Shown here: piece after piece, positions 11,700 through 25,070 of the stretch
Layout of the letters: each line of letters opens with the position of its first letter
Numbering within the stretch: position 1 is the first letter of the stretch
Assembly (NCBI GenBank): GCA_015680685.1
Contig: MNCI01002773.1
Span: 23,616-87,615, forward strand
Source of the DNA: Gnetum montanum
Lineage: Eukaryota; Plantae; Gnetophyta
Length of the DNA: 64,000 bases
Direction of reading: 5' to 3'
Made by a program: the position numbers and the translations under genes
Notes under the pieces: generated by a model
Databases searched by the model: none
What the model saw: only the letters and a program-made list of their open reading frames with translations
Told to the model about the DNA's origin: nothing

Positions 11700-12915
11700 G
11701 TTATCCATAAAAAAATTTATATGTTCTACATTTTCTTTAATATTTTTACTTACCAAAAGGTCAATAGTCATAACATTTCTAGCTATAGAGACATACTAGT
11801 TCAAGTGTTAACTTTTATCCCTATGAGCAGAGACATGCCCTTTAATAAAGGGTCAATCCATTCTATCATGGAGCAAGCTTTAACTAGGGAAAATGGGCAT
11901 CAACCCATGCTCAACTTTCATGATAGTGAGGTGAAGATTGACTCTTAAAACAAATAAGTACTATCCACTCCTCTCCTCATCACTATATATGTTGGCATGT
12001 ACAAGGTTTATCATGTTCATGTGGATGATAGGGCAACAACCAACATAATACCATACACTATTGTTAAAAAACTAAACTTAACCAAGAACATCCAAGAACC
12101 CACTACCTTAGCACTCAAGTCATTTAATGGGTTATGTGTAGCAATGTGAGGTTCTATCTCCTTGGATTTTGTATCAGTGAGTAATTCCATACATCCATTA
12201 GCTTCCTAGTTGTTGAAGAGACACCTAGCTTCAACATGATCCTAGGAAGATCATGGTTGGGTAAGCTTCATGTTGTCTCATCTCCTATTATCAAGAGATT
12301 CACTTTCCATACAAAGATGGTAAAATTTTCATTTGTGGAAATAATTTGTCACTACCCTTGGTTAACTATGTCAACATTGACTGAGGTTTAGAGGTGGAAT
12401 TTAAAGAGGAAACTCCCAACGCTAAGACTAGGACCAACAATAAGAACAACAACAATGCTAACAACACCAACTCTTTGACATGGGATAGCTAGTGGAAATG
12501 CTTGCGACTAGCCATGCTAAACAAGAGAGATGATGAGCATAAGATCATGTAAAAGGAATTCATTGACCTATCGAATATCAAACAACAAGTTCATAGTAAA
12601 CACCTTATCCCTTCGTTGGTTAATAGTTTTTTGTTTACCTTTGCAACATTATATCATGTTTCATTGTTGGTTTTATCCTTATATACTCTTCCAAGAGGGT
12701 CCCATACTTGCTAGGAAAGTAAGGACCATGGCCCACTAAGGCCTAAAACTAGTAGCATCATAGCCTGATAAAGCCTAAAATTGGTAGCATGGCCCGCTAA
12801 GACAAAACATTGGCAACATCATGGCCTACCAAGGCCTAAAACTAGCAACACATGGTCCACCAAGGCCTAAAAATAACAATAAGATGGCCTACCAAGGATT
12901 AAAATTGGTAAATTA
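11700..12915 (+). mobile_element. Old Tat-type Gypsy relic: protease region followed by a 3'-UTR-type tandem array
   Basis: Degenerate protease-like translation (VDDRATTNI; FNMILGRSWL..LHVVSS); about 6 units of GGCCyACyAAGGCCTAAAACT at 12730-12915. Confidence 0.6.
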
Positions 12916-13439
12916 GTGGCCTCCATTCCTTTTATCTCTCTTATATTTACAATGTAACTTTCTACATCTTATTTTACTCTATTGCATTTCATTGTTAAAT
13001 TTTGCTTTGTAACTTTATCTTTTATAGTCATTTTAACTGGTAGCCTTCTACACTAGTTAGACAGGATAAATATGTTAGCAATGTATTTATATCATGTAGG
13101 AAACTATTCACCAACTTCCTTGGGTCAAAATGACTTAAACATTGACTAGTGGAAGTCTAGAGGCCTAGAGCATAACTTAAGTGCAAACTTTGGCCACTTT
13201 GTAGCCCTTACAAGATAAATTTAAGCCTTTTATTCTAGCTAGATAGGATTAATACACTAGACAATGTATTTATATAATAAAAGAGGCTTTTCACCAGCTT
13301 TGTAGCCCTTAATACACTAGACAATGCTTGATCCTCTAGCATTATGTTGATTTAATTATAACCAAGGTACCCATCAAGAAAGTTGTAGTACTCTTGGCCA
13401 AATATATTATCCAATACCTAGTTCATGAATAATAATGAG

Positions 13440-15400
13440 AAATGGTCCTTAAGTGTGGCAATGTTCAGTAACTTGTAGTTAACAAAAAATATCCATTCAT
13501 TAACCTTCTTTAGTAAAACCACAATTAGATTGATCCACTTACTATCTAAAATGGATTTGATAAAACCAACCCTTAAAAATATATTATTTCATTTTTTGCC
13601 ACATCTCACATGTTAGAAATTAGTCTTCATTAAAGTATTCATTGAGGTCTAATGTTCAAATTCATATATATGCAATTCTAACAAATAGAGGAGTTAGTTT
13701 TCATGAGTTTTTCATGGGACTAGATAAAGGATGTTCTCTACTTTGCAACTACATTTTCCAACTTGGCCTTTTTGATGATTATCAAAGTGGAGTTAATGAT
13801 AACTAGATGATCATCAATGAGGAATAGGTACTCCATGCTCTCTAAAAGTGGCTTGAACTCTAGCAGTGGTGTAAGAACATTCTATCAAGTGTCACAAAAT
13901 TCAAGATCATACTATACCACTATGATAGCCTCAATTGTGTTCTCTACTTTTGAATTAGATGATTCAGCATCAAATAAGCAATAGAATCAATTATTCTTTC
14001 TAAGACCTAATTTATGGCTTCATAAACTAGATGCTCTTTAAGATAATTAACATTCCTAATGACATAGAGGCATTCTATAATACAGTATTTGAAGCCATGC
14101 TTACGACACGACTAGGAATGATTACATGAAATTCACTTGTAATGTATGTTCTCAATCTCATTTTTCATATCAATTTCAAGATGAAGAGATTGGAAGACTA
14201 ACCTAGCTTTGATGGTTCTCAACCATGCTCTTTCCATAATGACAAGGAAGCTATATGTCACCTTGTTCTCTAGTTTGATCACTAAGAATTCTATGGGATG
14301 TGATCATCCCACCAATATTACAATTACATAATTTATATATCCCATGGGATATTTGTTGGATTTCTCTACTAGATCTAGCTAAATGTTAGTACTCTTGAGA
14401 GGAAGGATTTACCAATTAAGATACTATTATAATAAATTTATGTTGACTTTTAAACCAAAGTCACAAAGACCTAGGCAACAACCCTTTTCACAAATTTGAA
14501 TATCCACCATAAGACTATTGAAATTTGATTTTTTTTTTTTTTTTGAAAGATGATCTTCCTTTACTACCTACATGGTTGGCTTAAACATAGTAATGATCAC
14601 AACATTGCTACCATCAAGTGTCATCTTGTTTGGTTTGCTAGATATTGTTCAAGAACTTTTTCCTAAAGGGGATGTCTCATTTTAACAATGTTCATGAAAT
14701 GGTACTAGGATCTTCTTGATGTAAACTTCCATCTTTCTTATATTGTTATCCTTTTCACATGATGAAAAGGATGAAGTGGACGTAGTCCCATAGTGCTCAC
14801 ATTTGTGCTTATAGAGTTTTCTACCATGGAACCTTATACTTCCCTATGCAACCAAGTCAACACGTTTTTAGTAATATTTCCTAGTTTCATACATGGAAAT
14901 AGGATTAGCATAATACAAAATATCACAAAATTTTGCTTTCCTTGGTTATGATTAATTAGGTATTCCATCTTACATGAAACTAGGAAGTAGAAGTTGTTGC
15001 TATTGTTCAGAAGCTTGTGGGGAGGTGTCATCAATGAAAGTGAATAAGTACTTGTATAGGCATCTTAAGAGTAAGGATTAGTAGTAGGCACCATTTGTTG
15101 TTACATCAATGTAGGAAGATTTCCTGGAGTAACACCCCAAAGATTTGGAGATTTCCATTACTAATACTACTACATGAACTATAAAATGACATCTCTAGGA
15201 TAGTATGATTGGCCAAAGTATAAATTCCTTCTTGTTTACCTCTTAATGAAATTAGGATTCATAGGAATCTTAGATCTTCTCATTTCATCAATCATGTAAG
15301 TCATCACTAGATAGCACTACGAGTTATGAGGGTCTGCATAGTATTCACAAGGATCCTTAACATTGGAGAGTAAGGAAGCCTCATCTAGATCTTCTTTGAT
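13440..15400 (-). mobile_element. Old Athila-like pol relic (protease and N-terminal RT)
   Basis: LDLVEKSNKYPMG..IEFLVI..VIMERAWL near 14200-14400; GFIKSILDSKWINLIVVLLKK..NYKLLNIATLKDHF near 13440-13575. Confidence 0.65.
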
Positions 15401-15463
15401 ACTCTTAAAGCAAAAGAGCTTTCCCTTACCATTTCTACACTATACTGCTTTCTACCTTCATGG

Positions 15464-18400
15464 TGTAGGGACATCTCTTGTAATCCCTTTGTTCTCTTCC
15501 GTACATGTGTGTTTTTGCAAGTTTTAGACTCCATGGAAGCATCTTGGAGGTCATTGAGTCATATTACCTGAGATCAAGGCTCTCAAGAAAGATGTGTTAG
15601 AAGACAGGAGACATTTGGGCTAAGTTGAAAGCTCGCATAAGACATCTTGAGATTTTTTATAGACATCTTAAAAGTGCATGAGATACCTTAGATTCTATGA
15701 GATGTCTCATAGAGTGATGAGATATCCTAATTAAAGCTAAGACATCTTGGTTATAATAAAGGATGTCTTAGCCAAGAATGAAACATCTTCCTAGAATTGA
15801 AAGTTTCTCAATAAGACATCCCATAAAGGCTAGAGATAATCTGAACAAGGAAACTTTTGAAATTATAGTTCCAAATTTGAAGACAATCAAGACAAGTTAG
15901 AAAAGATGGAAAACAACATAAGATCCTTAAGTTGAGCTTGAGAAAGGTTTCCTAGGATGTTTGCCTTGATTGGTTAATAAATATGAATTTTGTTTCATTC
16001 TTGAACCACCATAAGAGACCATGAGATGTCATCAAGAGCTATGAATGTGATGTCATGAGATGTCAAGAAAGCACATGTGAAGAATGCATGAGTGTTTTGC
16101 AGCTCTTAGTCAATTGAGTGAGTATCATCCTAGTGTCTCTTGTATCTTGTGTATTGAGATCTCAATACTAGGTTATGAGAAGTATTCTCTCTTAGTTACG
16201 TCTTGCATTGAGAATAGCCATTGCATGGTTGTAGAGCCTCATTCTATATAGCATCATTTGTGTGTGAGATTATTTCAATGTTTTGTGGGTTATGAAATCC
16301 TATTGTAATCATTAATTTTAAATAATTTAAGATAGCTAGTCTACTTTTTTAGCATATTATTTGTCTTTTCATGATAACTATATTTAGTATTTGGAAGATG
16401 ATTTTAATATTTTAGTGAGTCTACTATAGCTAAATCTTGGTATTGAAGCTTCTGGTTAATTATTTCTTGGATTTGGTTGAGGATTTTATCATGTTAAGAT
16501 GGCACCTAAGAAGAAACATGTTCAAGTCCTAAATAGAGACATGGAAAGCATGAAGTCTATCTTTCAACTCATGGTTGCTCAATTGGATGAAATTATCCCA
16601 TAGGTGGATAGGAACATTATTTAAACATGTAGAGATAATAAGCATTTATGTTTAAATGAAGAAGTTTCATAGCCTAATGGAGATGAAGTAGATGATAAGG
16701 AAAGACAATCCAATTATGGGAATGTAGAAATCCATCAACCAAGGATTCCAATGAAAATGAATCATATTCCTCATATGAGAATTTTAAGGGCTTCAATAGT
16801 GGTAACTACTTCTTATTCCAACAAGCTAGATGAGGAACATGAGGCAAGACTTGCTACAATATTCAGGAATGTTGTGAGACTTTTGTACTTTGCATTGAAT
16901 ACTTTCAATATTGTAGATGGCACCAATGCTTTTCAAAGTTGGCTAGAATTCCTTGACAATTACGTTGAGTTGGAAGAGGTACCAAATAACTTGAGGGTAC
17001 ATATTGTGGAATCTAGATTAGAAGGTATCGCTTCTACATGGTGGGACAATGAGTCCCAAGATTATGAAAGATAAAATGGTCAACCCATCAGAGATTGGAA
17101 TCTAATCAAATATAGATTGTAAAGAATATTTGAACAATCTTTTCAAATATAAGAGATCATTATAAAGTTAAATTTCATAAGGAAAAGTGAAAAGAATATC
17201 AAAGAATTCTACATCGAATTTTGTGATCTATTTCATCAAGCTAAAGTGAACTAGGAGTATGAATAGGCATCAATCTTTTTAGGAGGTCTTAAAATGATGT
17301 ATCAATAGGAGTTATCATTCTATGAGCCAAAAAATTTTGGTGGGCCTTATGATTTGGTAATCAAGGCAAAAAAGAAGCTAACCAAAATCAAAAACAAAAG
17401 TAAACAAACTTTCAAGGGGAAGGAAAATAGATCCAAATTAGAGAAGGAATCCAAGTTCAAATCTAAAGACAAGGATGGCAAACATGATAAGAAGATAGAG
17501 AAGGATGATGATAAGGAAAAAGCCAAGAAGAATCAAGGTACGAGAGGCAAGTGTCAAGGTGGTAGCTCATCAAAGATTCAATGCTTCAAGTATGGGCAAT
17601 GAGGACACAAGAAATGAAAATGTCCACTTTACAAGGCATCCAAGGGCAAAGATGTGCAAACCATGGAGATGGAGGAGACATGAAGCCAAGCACTTTAAAG
17701 TGGTAGTCCTAATGCTACCAATATTGAGAAAGTTTCTAAATTAAATTCCTATGTGTTCATGCAAAACATAAATAGAGGAGACCAACCTACTAGGAAATTG
17801 TTATTTTGGATTGGCACTAGATGTTTGCTTAGTGGGGAATGGATTCATGTTTTGATTGATGGAAGAATCCAAGAAAATGTTATTTCTTCTAGGGTAGCTT
17901 CTATATTGGGTTCGGTAACTAATCCTCATCCTAGATCCTAGAAGGTGCACTAGTTATCTAGAGATTTATCTCAAAAGCTCAGGGAACAATGTACTTTGAA
18001 ATTTAAAATTTGAAGTTTTCATAATGTTGTGAAGTGTGATGTGCTTCCAATAGATTATGCTAATGTAATTCTTGGTAGAACCTGAAATTTTAATAATGAT
18101 CCTCAATTTGATGGAGTAAGAAATGTATGGATTGTAACTAGATTTGATGGAATCCATGAGTTGATTCTCATTATGGCTAAACAAGTAAGGCAGCAAAGCT
18201 TACTTAATGTTTTCTTAATCCTCTAAGAGAGATGGAATATATTAAGGAACATGATAAAATATATTTTATATTTTTTATATATATTAACAGTTGATTTTAA
18301 CCATGGTCATGTGTAGGTTGAACTTCCTATAGATGTGCTAGGCTTGAAGGAGTAATTTTCCAAGGTATTCAAAGGAAAATTAGATGGATTAACACTAATG

Positions 18401-19690
18401 AGGAATGTACAACATTAGATTGATTTCATCCCTAATTTACCATTCCAAATAAGAAAGTGTACTCAATGGCACCAAATTAGAGGACTAAATGAAAAATACA
18501 AGTAGAGGAGTTACTTATAAATGGCTTTGTAAGGAAATTCATTTCATCTTATGCAGTTTTAGTGGTGCTAGTGCCAAAGAAGAATAGCAATGAATATAGA
18601 AGGTTCATTGATTCTAGGGTAATGAATAGGATAACAATGAGGTAAAGGTTTTTTATTCCAAGGATTGATGATATCCTTGATGTCCTTACCTATGCTAAAA
18701 TTTTTAGTAAAATTAATTTCAAGAGTGGTTACCTTCAAATTAGAGCCAAGCCTAGTGATGAATGAAAAATAGATTTCAAGACATCGAATGGATTGTTTGA
18801 GTAGTTGGTGATGCCATTTAGGCTCATGAATACACCTACTATATTCATGAGGTTGATGCACAATGTATTGAAGAACTTGATTGGTGAGTGTTATATTATC
18901 TTTTTTTGCGATATTTTGGTGTATAACTCAAATAATAAAGAGTACATGGATCACTTGTGGATTGTATGTCTTATGTTGGAGGAGGCACAATAAATGATCA
19001 ATGTGAATAAAAGTCAATTCATCAAGAAGGAAATCACATATTTATGTCATGTAGTTTCTAAAAATTGAATTCAAATGGAAGCTACCAAGGTGAAGACTAT
19101 TCTGTATTGGCCAACTCCTAAGAATGTTGGCAAGGTGAGATCATTTCTTGGTCTAGCAAGTTGTTATAGATGGTTCATTAAAAATTTTAGTGATATTTCA
19201 TGGTCAATGTTTTCTTTGTTGAAGAAAAATAAAGATTTCAGGTGGAATAATGAAATTCAAGAAAGCTTTGACTTGTTGAAAGAAAAAATTACCAGTGAAC
19301 CAATGCTTACAATTCCAAATTTTTAAAAGATTTTTTAGGTAGATGTGGATGTAAGTAAACTTGCAATTAATGGGATACTTTCACAAGAATGTAGACCTAT
19401 TACTTTATTTTTTAAAAATTTGAATGAGTTAAGATAAAAATATAGCATATATGAGAAGGATTTGTATGCTATTCTTCAAGCAATCAAGCATTGAAGGCAT
19501 TACTAGTTGCCCAAAGAGTTTACTTTGATGATCGACCACAAAGTGCTACAATTTCTAAACTCTCAAAAGAAGTTAAGTGCAAAGCATATGAAATGGATTG
19601 CATAGTTATAGAAATTTAATTTTTTCTTAAAACACAAAAGTGAAAAAACCAATGTGGTGACTAATATATTATCTAGGGAGCATGTGGTTA
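15464..19690 (+). mobile_element. CRM-like chromovirus (Ty3/Gypsy): 5' LTR, PBS, degenerate gag-PR-RT-RH; truncated before integrase
   Basis: PBS-like TGGTATTGAAGC at 16438; gag start MAPKKK at 16499; knuckle CFKYGQ*GH; protease VLIDGRIQENVIS; RT IPRIDDILD and VMPFRLMNTPTIFMRLM; RH HY*LPKEF..DHKVL. LTR start approximate. Confidence 0.85.
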
Positions 19691-19699
19691 ATTTTAGCA

Positions 19700-22600
19700 T
19701 GTGGAAGGCATGGGTGAAACACCACCAATTTCAAGCACTTCAGTTCAATGGCAGATTTTTCTAAGTTTCAAAACTTGGACAAAATTTTTCTAAGTCTAGT
19801 GTTATGCTCTACAGCATATACAGTGTAGCACACCTCAAGTCCTATTTTTTTGCAAAATTTTTCTAAGTCTACCTACTATGCTTCCTAGCATGGCTAACAT
19901 AGCACACACTTCCATAGCCATTCTGCACAAATTTCAAGCTAGAAGTAGTCAAGGATTACTTGGGATGGACCAAATTGTCTAGTAAATTTTCTATCTCCTA
20001 GATTGTCAAGCTCATTACGCTCTTTAGTGTACCCAACTTGACACATGTCCCAGTTACTAGTTCACCCAAGCAGTAGGCTAAACTCTGTCAAAAGTGCTTA
20101 GGATGGAAAAAATAGTTTGGCAAATTTTCTATCTCTCAAGCTACTACACTGTACAGTGTAGCAAGCTTAACACAGGTTTCAAGGCCCAATTTTTCCTAAG
20201 TGTTGGACAAGGATCTGTCAAGTTAGCTCGACATGGAAGATGCATTTGACAATTTTCTTACTTCTGCCTATCCTATTATACCCTAGAGCATGGCTAGTGT
20301 GCCATGAAGGAACATTGCAAATTTCATGAAGATTGGTCAAAGTATTCATGCTACACTCTACTATGCTATGCAACATAGCTAGCATGATAGGTGTGGCAAG
20401 TCAAAATTTGCAAAATTTCACTGAGTGTTCTTGCTACACTCTACTACACTGTGTAGCATAGCCAACTTAACACATGAAAAATGCCTCCAACAGCCTCCAA
20501 AAGCCTCCAAAACTCAGCATCAACCTTCATCTCAACTCCAACATCCCTTCAACGACCAAGATCAACAATTTGCATTTCTTTTGCACCCTCCCATTGATCC
20601 CTGAAATTGTCCTTGCACTTGATCCCCCTAAAAAGAGGGGCAAGATGTAGTCCCAGAGCATAGTCTCCAAGTTGCATCATTTTGAAACTATTTGTAGGTA
20701 TGTGGTGGTCTCTCAGACTCTGGCACATGTAGTCTAGGTAGTGTGGTCATAGTTTGACAATCTCTGAGGTTCCCATTCTTATCCTGTAGAGTGTGACACT
20801 TTGCTACAAAGAGCGTAACATGTCAACGTGATCCATCTATGCTCATGCCACGTGGCACCCACTCCATGTGGCATCCAATCCATGTTTCAAGCCAAACATA
20901 ATCCTATAAATACCTCAACGTTCAGCACTTTAGGGGTTGGAAAATCAAAAGGGCATTGAGCATTCAAGCACCCCAAGCATCCCTGTCACTCTTGCACCTG
21001 AGCACCCAAGCTTGACACCTTGGCAAGTACTATGACACAGTGTACCATTGCACCCACAGAGCATGACGACAACCAACCCAGCAGGTTCAACCTCCCTTGC
21101 AACTACTAGCACCACATCCTTGACATCTAGAGACTGTGACCACAATGCTATGTTGCCATTGTGCCTACCTGATACCACGCACCATTTTCACATCCTAATC
21201 AAGCAAAAGTTACGCTCCTTGGTTTTAGGGAGGTGCATTTCTCTACTCTCAAACTCTTGTTCCATTTTCTTTCTTAGCATTTGTTTCCAATTTTTATCAT
21301 AACTCTTGCATTTCCCTACTATCAATACGCATTTGCATGTTTACATCACTATTTTCAGGCCAAGACTCTATGCTACGCTCTTGTTTGTTGTCTCGACTCC
21401 CATGCATAATGCTCCATAAACTCCTTTTACAAATGGTTATTTTTACATCATGTAAGTCCCTGTCTGATCGACTAGACCATTCAAGGCATCTCATTTCCAT
21501 TTCCCTAGCACAGCCCTCACACAGATTCGAGGTTAGGTTGTATGCCCGTAGACCTCCTAGTGTTCCAGCTACTGATGTTTTTAGATATCACAAGCACTAG
21601 AAGGAGGGCCTTCCATTCCTTCTATATTCAAGGATAGTCCCACATGCTTTCTGCACCCCTGTCACTAGCAACAAGCTAGTGTAAATGTAACACCCCTATG
21701 GATCTACCATGGCACTAGCTAGATCAGAGGCTAGCATAAAGGTTGTCTATGTTTCGATTGGTGTAGATTGGTCCTAGTTGATGGTTCCCCTAGAACCCCA
21801 TAGGATGGAAAGCACAAACTATGTCCATCACGTCAAGCTCTGAGTGTTCTATAGAGCGTAACAACCTTGTAAGCATAATAGTCCCTTAGAGCATAACGAG
21901 TGTAATGCCAAAGATAGCCATGTTTTCAACATTCCCAGACTTAGTCATTTTTTGGCCTATTTTATATAATTTTCATACTCAACCATTTTATTGTAAAGTT
22001 TTCTACACTTAAACATTTTCTGCATGTATCTTCTATTCTCATCTCTTTCCTACATAGCAAAATGAACCCTGTTAACACCTCAACTACTACCTTGAGCATG
22101 GAGGTGGCTCATCCCATCCAACAGATGGGAGATGTTGAGCAATCCCCTAGCCCTATGCGACCACAATGGAAATCTCTTAGACTATGTCACCAATCACCTG
22201 AACACAGGGCACTCAATGATGAATGATACAACTTCTTATGTGCAAAGCTTTAGGTGGGCTTATCATTAGATTGCCAAGAGATAGAAGCGAAGTGCAGTTT
22301 CGATATCATCCATCGAAATGGAAGGGAATTCTTTCCCACCCCTGACATGATCATACCACTCATTGACAACTTCAAGTGGATCTTGGACCAACTTATTAGG
22401 GTGAGCGGGCCGAGAGAGCAAGATGCAACGTCAAACTATGATGAACCCTTGCAAGATGGGCAGGATGAGTTTAGATCTTGCTCTAACAGTGGCATCCCAT
22501 TCTATGTCTCAACCCAACAACCTACTCACATATTCATGCTGCACTAGTCATAATCCTCTACCTTCTTTGAGGTGGTCATGATGCTTCCATAGCCCAAGTC

Positions 22601-25070
22601 TTCGCCAGTGGTAGCTAGCCACCAAGTCCTACCTACATAACAAAGCATAGGACCTCCTGCTTCCTTTTCCTTTGTCATTTCTTCATAGTTTGTTCAACCT
22701 TCACAACTGGCATCTATGACACCGATGTTGCCATATGTGCATACCATGCTCATATCGTAGCCACAAATAAGTCACATTCCCTTCATCCCAGCCATCTTAA
22801 TCCCACCACCAACAATAGCCCTAGCCTCAACTGTGTGGTGGGCCACAACCTCCATACCCATAGTACAACTATCACATGTGCCATCATACACACAGCAACA
22901 AACTTACCAAGCATCACATTTGGCAACATAGCCCACAATAGGGTTGTGGGCCGCTCTAACGCACCACCAATGGCACAACCAACATAAACCTCTATGATGT
23001 CTCTAAGTTTGGATCAAGCATTCCAACTCATCCAAACTCTCACAAACGAAGTTAGGTGGGTTAAAGTAGCTAACTCGAAGATGGTCCATGTAATGGACTT
23101 CTACCAAGATGATCCCATTAGCCTTGTGGTTCCTCCACTAACATTGCCTCCTAGGGTCCAACTCCCCCAATTTACAAAATAAAATGGCGAGGGTAACCCC
23201 AACGCTCACTTAGTAACTTTTCGTTTTGAGTGCTTACTATTACAAGCATGGCCACATGCAATCATCCACGTTTTTTCCATGTTCCTAACTAGCAAAGCAA
23301 TTGAATGGTATCGTGTGCTCCCTAGAGCTTCCATCTCAACTCCAGAAGAGCTACTAAGCCAATTCATAACTCACTTCAAGTACAACTTGAAGCCTAAGGC
23401 CATGTAGACCAACTAATGAACATTAAACAAGGAGCACTAGAACCAATGCAAAAATTCATACAATGTTGGAGTGCCTCCCTTAATGAGATTCATGAGCCGA
23501 TAGCCAAAACCCACCTGCTGGCCATTTTCAAGGGCATAGTAAACAATTTCATCAAATCAAAGTTGTACTATTTAGCCTTGCATTCTCTTAGCCAAGATTT
23601 TGCTTAGACAAAGAGCATACAAGACATGGTGGAAGCTAGTAGGGACCTAGCTTACATGGCCTACAAAAATGCACATGCAAAGAAAGACAAAGAAAAGGGG
23701 AAGGCCACAACAACCATAGCAACTGTGGCTAATGAAGCTAAGCCCAACAACAACAAGCTAGCTACTAAGGCACCTAAGGCCCCAACCAACAACAATAAAG
23801 CATCAAGTTCTTGAACCATGGGAAACAACCAACCTACATCATCGACGACCATAAGGGAAGTTCCCCTAAGGCCAAACTTTGAGCGCAAGAATTGCTCAAA
23901 GCACACCTCTTTTCCAATCAAGCTATTAGAGCTTTTGGATCAATTACTTAGTGTTGGGTGCATTCAGCACAAACAAATGTTAGAGGATGCATGCAAATGC
24001 CATGAGAGGTACTATGAGGTCCTTTGAAACCCTTCTGTGGCTATGCTGAATGAGCCTCTAGTATCTAAGAACTTTAGACTGGACCAGTTCTACAACTACC
24101 ATCAGCTACATGGCCATGACACATATTACTACTTAGCGTTGAAGGATGACATTCAATGCATGATTGATCAAGGCAAGCTGGTCCTTGATGAAAGTAATCC
24201 TATCCAACCAGAGAACCAATCCATGAAGGTCTATAAGGATCCACTAAATGCTAGTGGTGCAGGTTACATTATTAATGCTATTAGCATTGATGATGATGTA
24301 GAGCTGGCACATGAATCGTTTGTGGTTCGTGTGCCCTCTTATGACATTGAGGCCTCAACGTCAACTAGGCCACAAGCCCTCTTTGTCATCAAAGCACCAC
24401 CTTAGGCACCCATAACACCCTTTGTGGTTAGGGCCCTGCAACACGTTGTGATGATGGTAGCCTAGACACCTTTTGTCGTTAGGATGTCAAAACATGCGAA
24501 CCCCCCACTCGTTTAGGGTCCAGTGGTGGAAACTACGTTGCGACCTACCTGCCCAAAGAGACATGATGAGCATCTGGCCGACAAGATGATCATGGAGCAC
24601 ATGGAGCTAGGTCCCCCTAAGCCTACCCCCTTGTCAACTATTCCCATGGCCTCATTATCTCAACCCACCAACACAGACACGCACACTCAATAGGCAAACA
24701 CTGAGGCTCGAAGGTCCATAGCACAGTCGAAGAACAAATCTCCTCCTCAAGAAATCTGTCTCCTAGGATGCATGGAGGAGATAAAGATCACCAAAACAAT
24801 AGATGATGGACAAGATTTTTTGGATGAATTGGCACAAGTCAAATAGGCCCTAAAATAGAAAAACACAATATTGAGCCTATATGATTTGATCATGACCTCC
24901 CCTGCTCATCGCGAAGCCTTGGTTCGCATGCTAGCATCTATTTCTATTAAGGAAGACATGCCAGCAGATGAAAAGGCTATCCATTCCATAATACTCTTGG
25001 TTGCAACCAAAGAGCCAAGGTCAACACCTTTGACCTTTTACGATGAAGCAATCAAAGCTAACCTTGAAAT
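19700..25070 (+). mobile_element. Tat/Ogre-type complex: 3' internal region, PPT, LTR, PBS and degenerate gag
   Basis: PPT AAAAGAGGGGCAAGA then TGTAGT at 20646; PBS-like GCACTAGAAGGAGGG at 21594; gag motifs PQFTK*NGEGNPNAHL, KAIEWY, YHQLHGHDT..LKDDIQCMIDQG, SLYDLIMTSPAHREAL. Confidence 0.8.
20646..21592 (+). repeat. LTR flanked by a PPT on the left and a PBS on the right
   Basis: TG...CA termini; CCTATAAATA near 20902. Confidence 0.75.
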
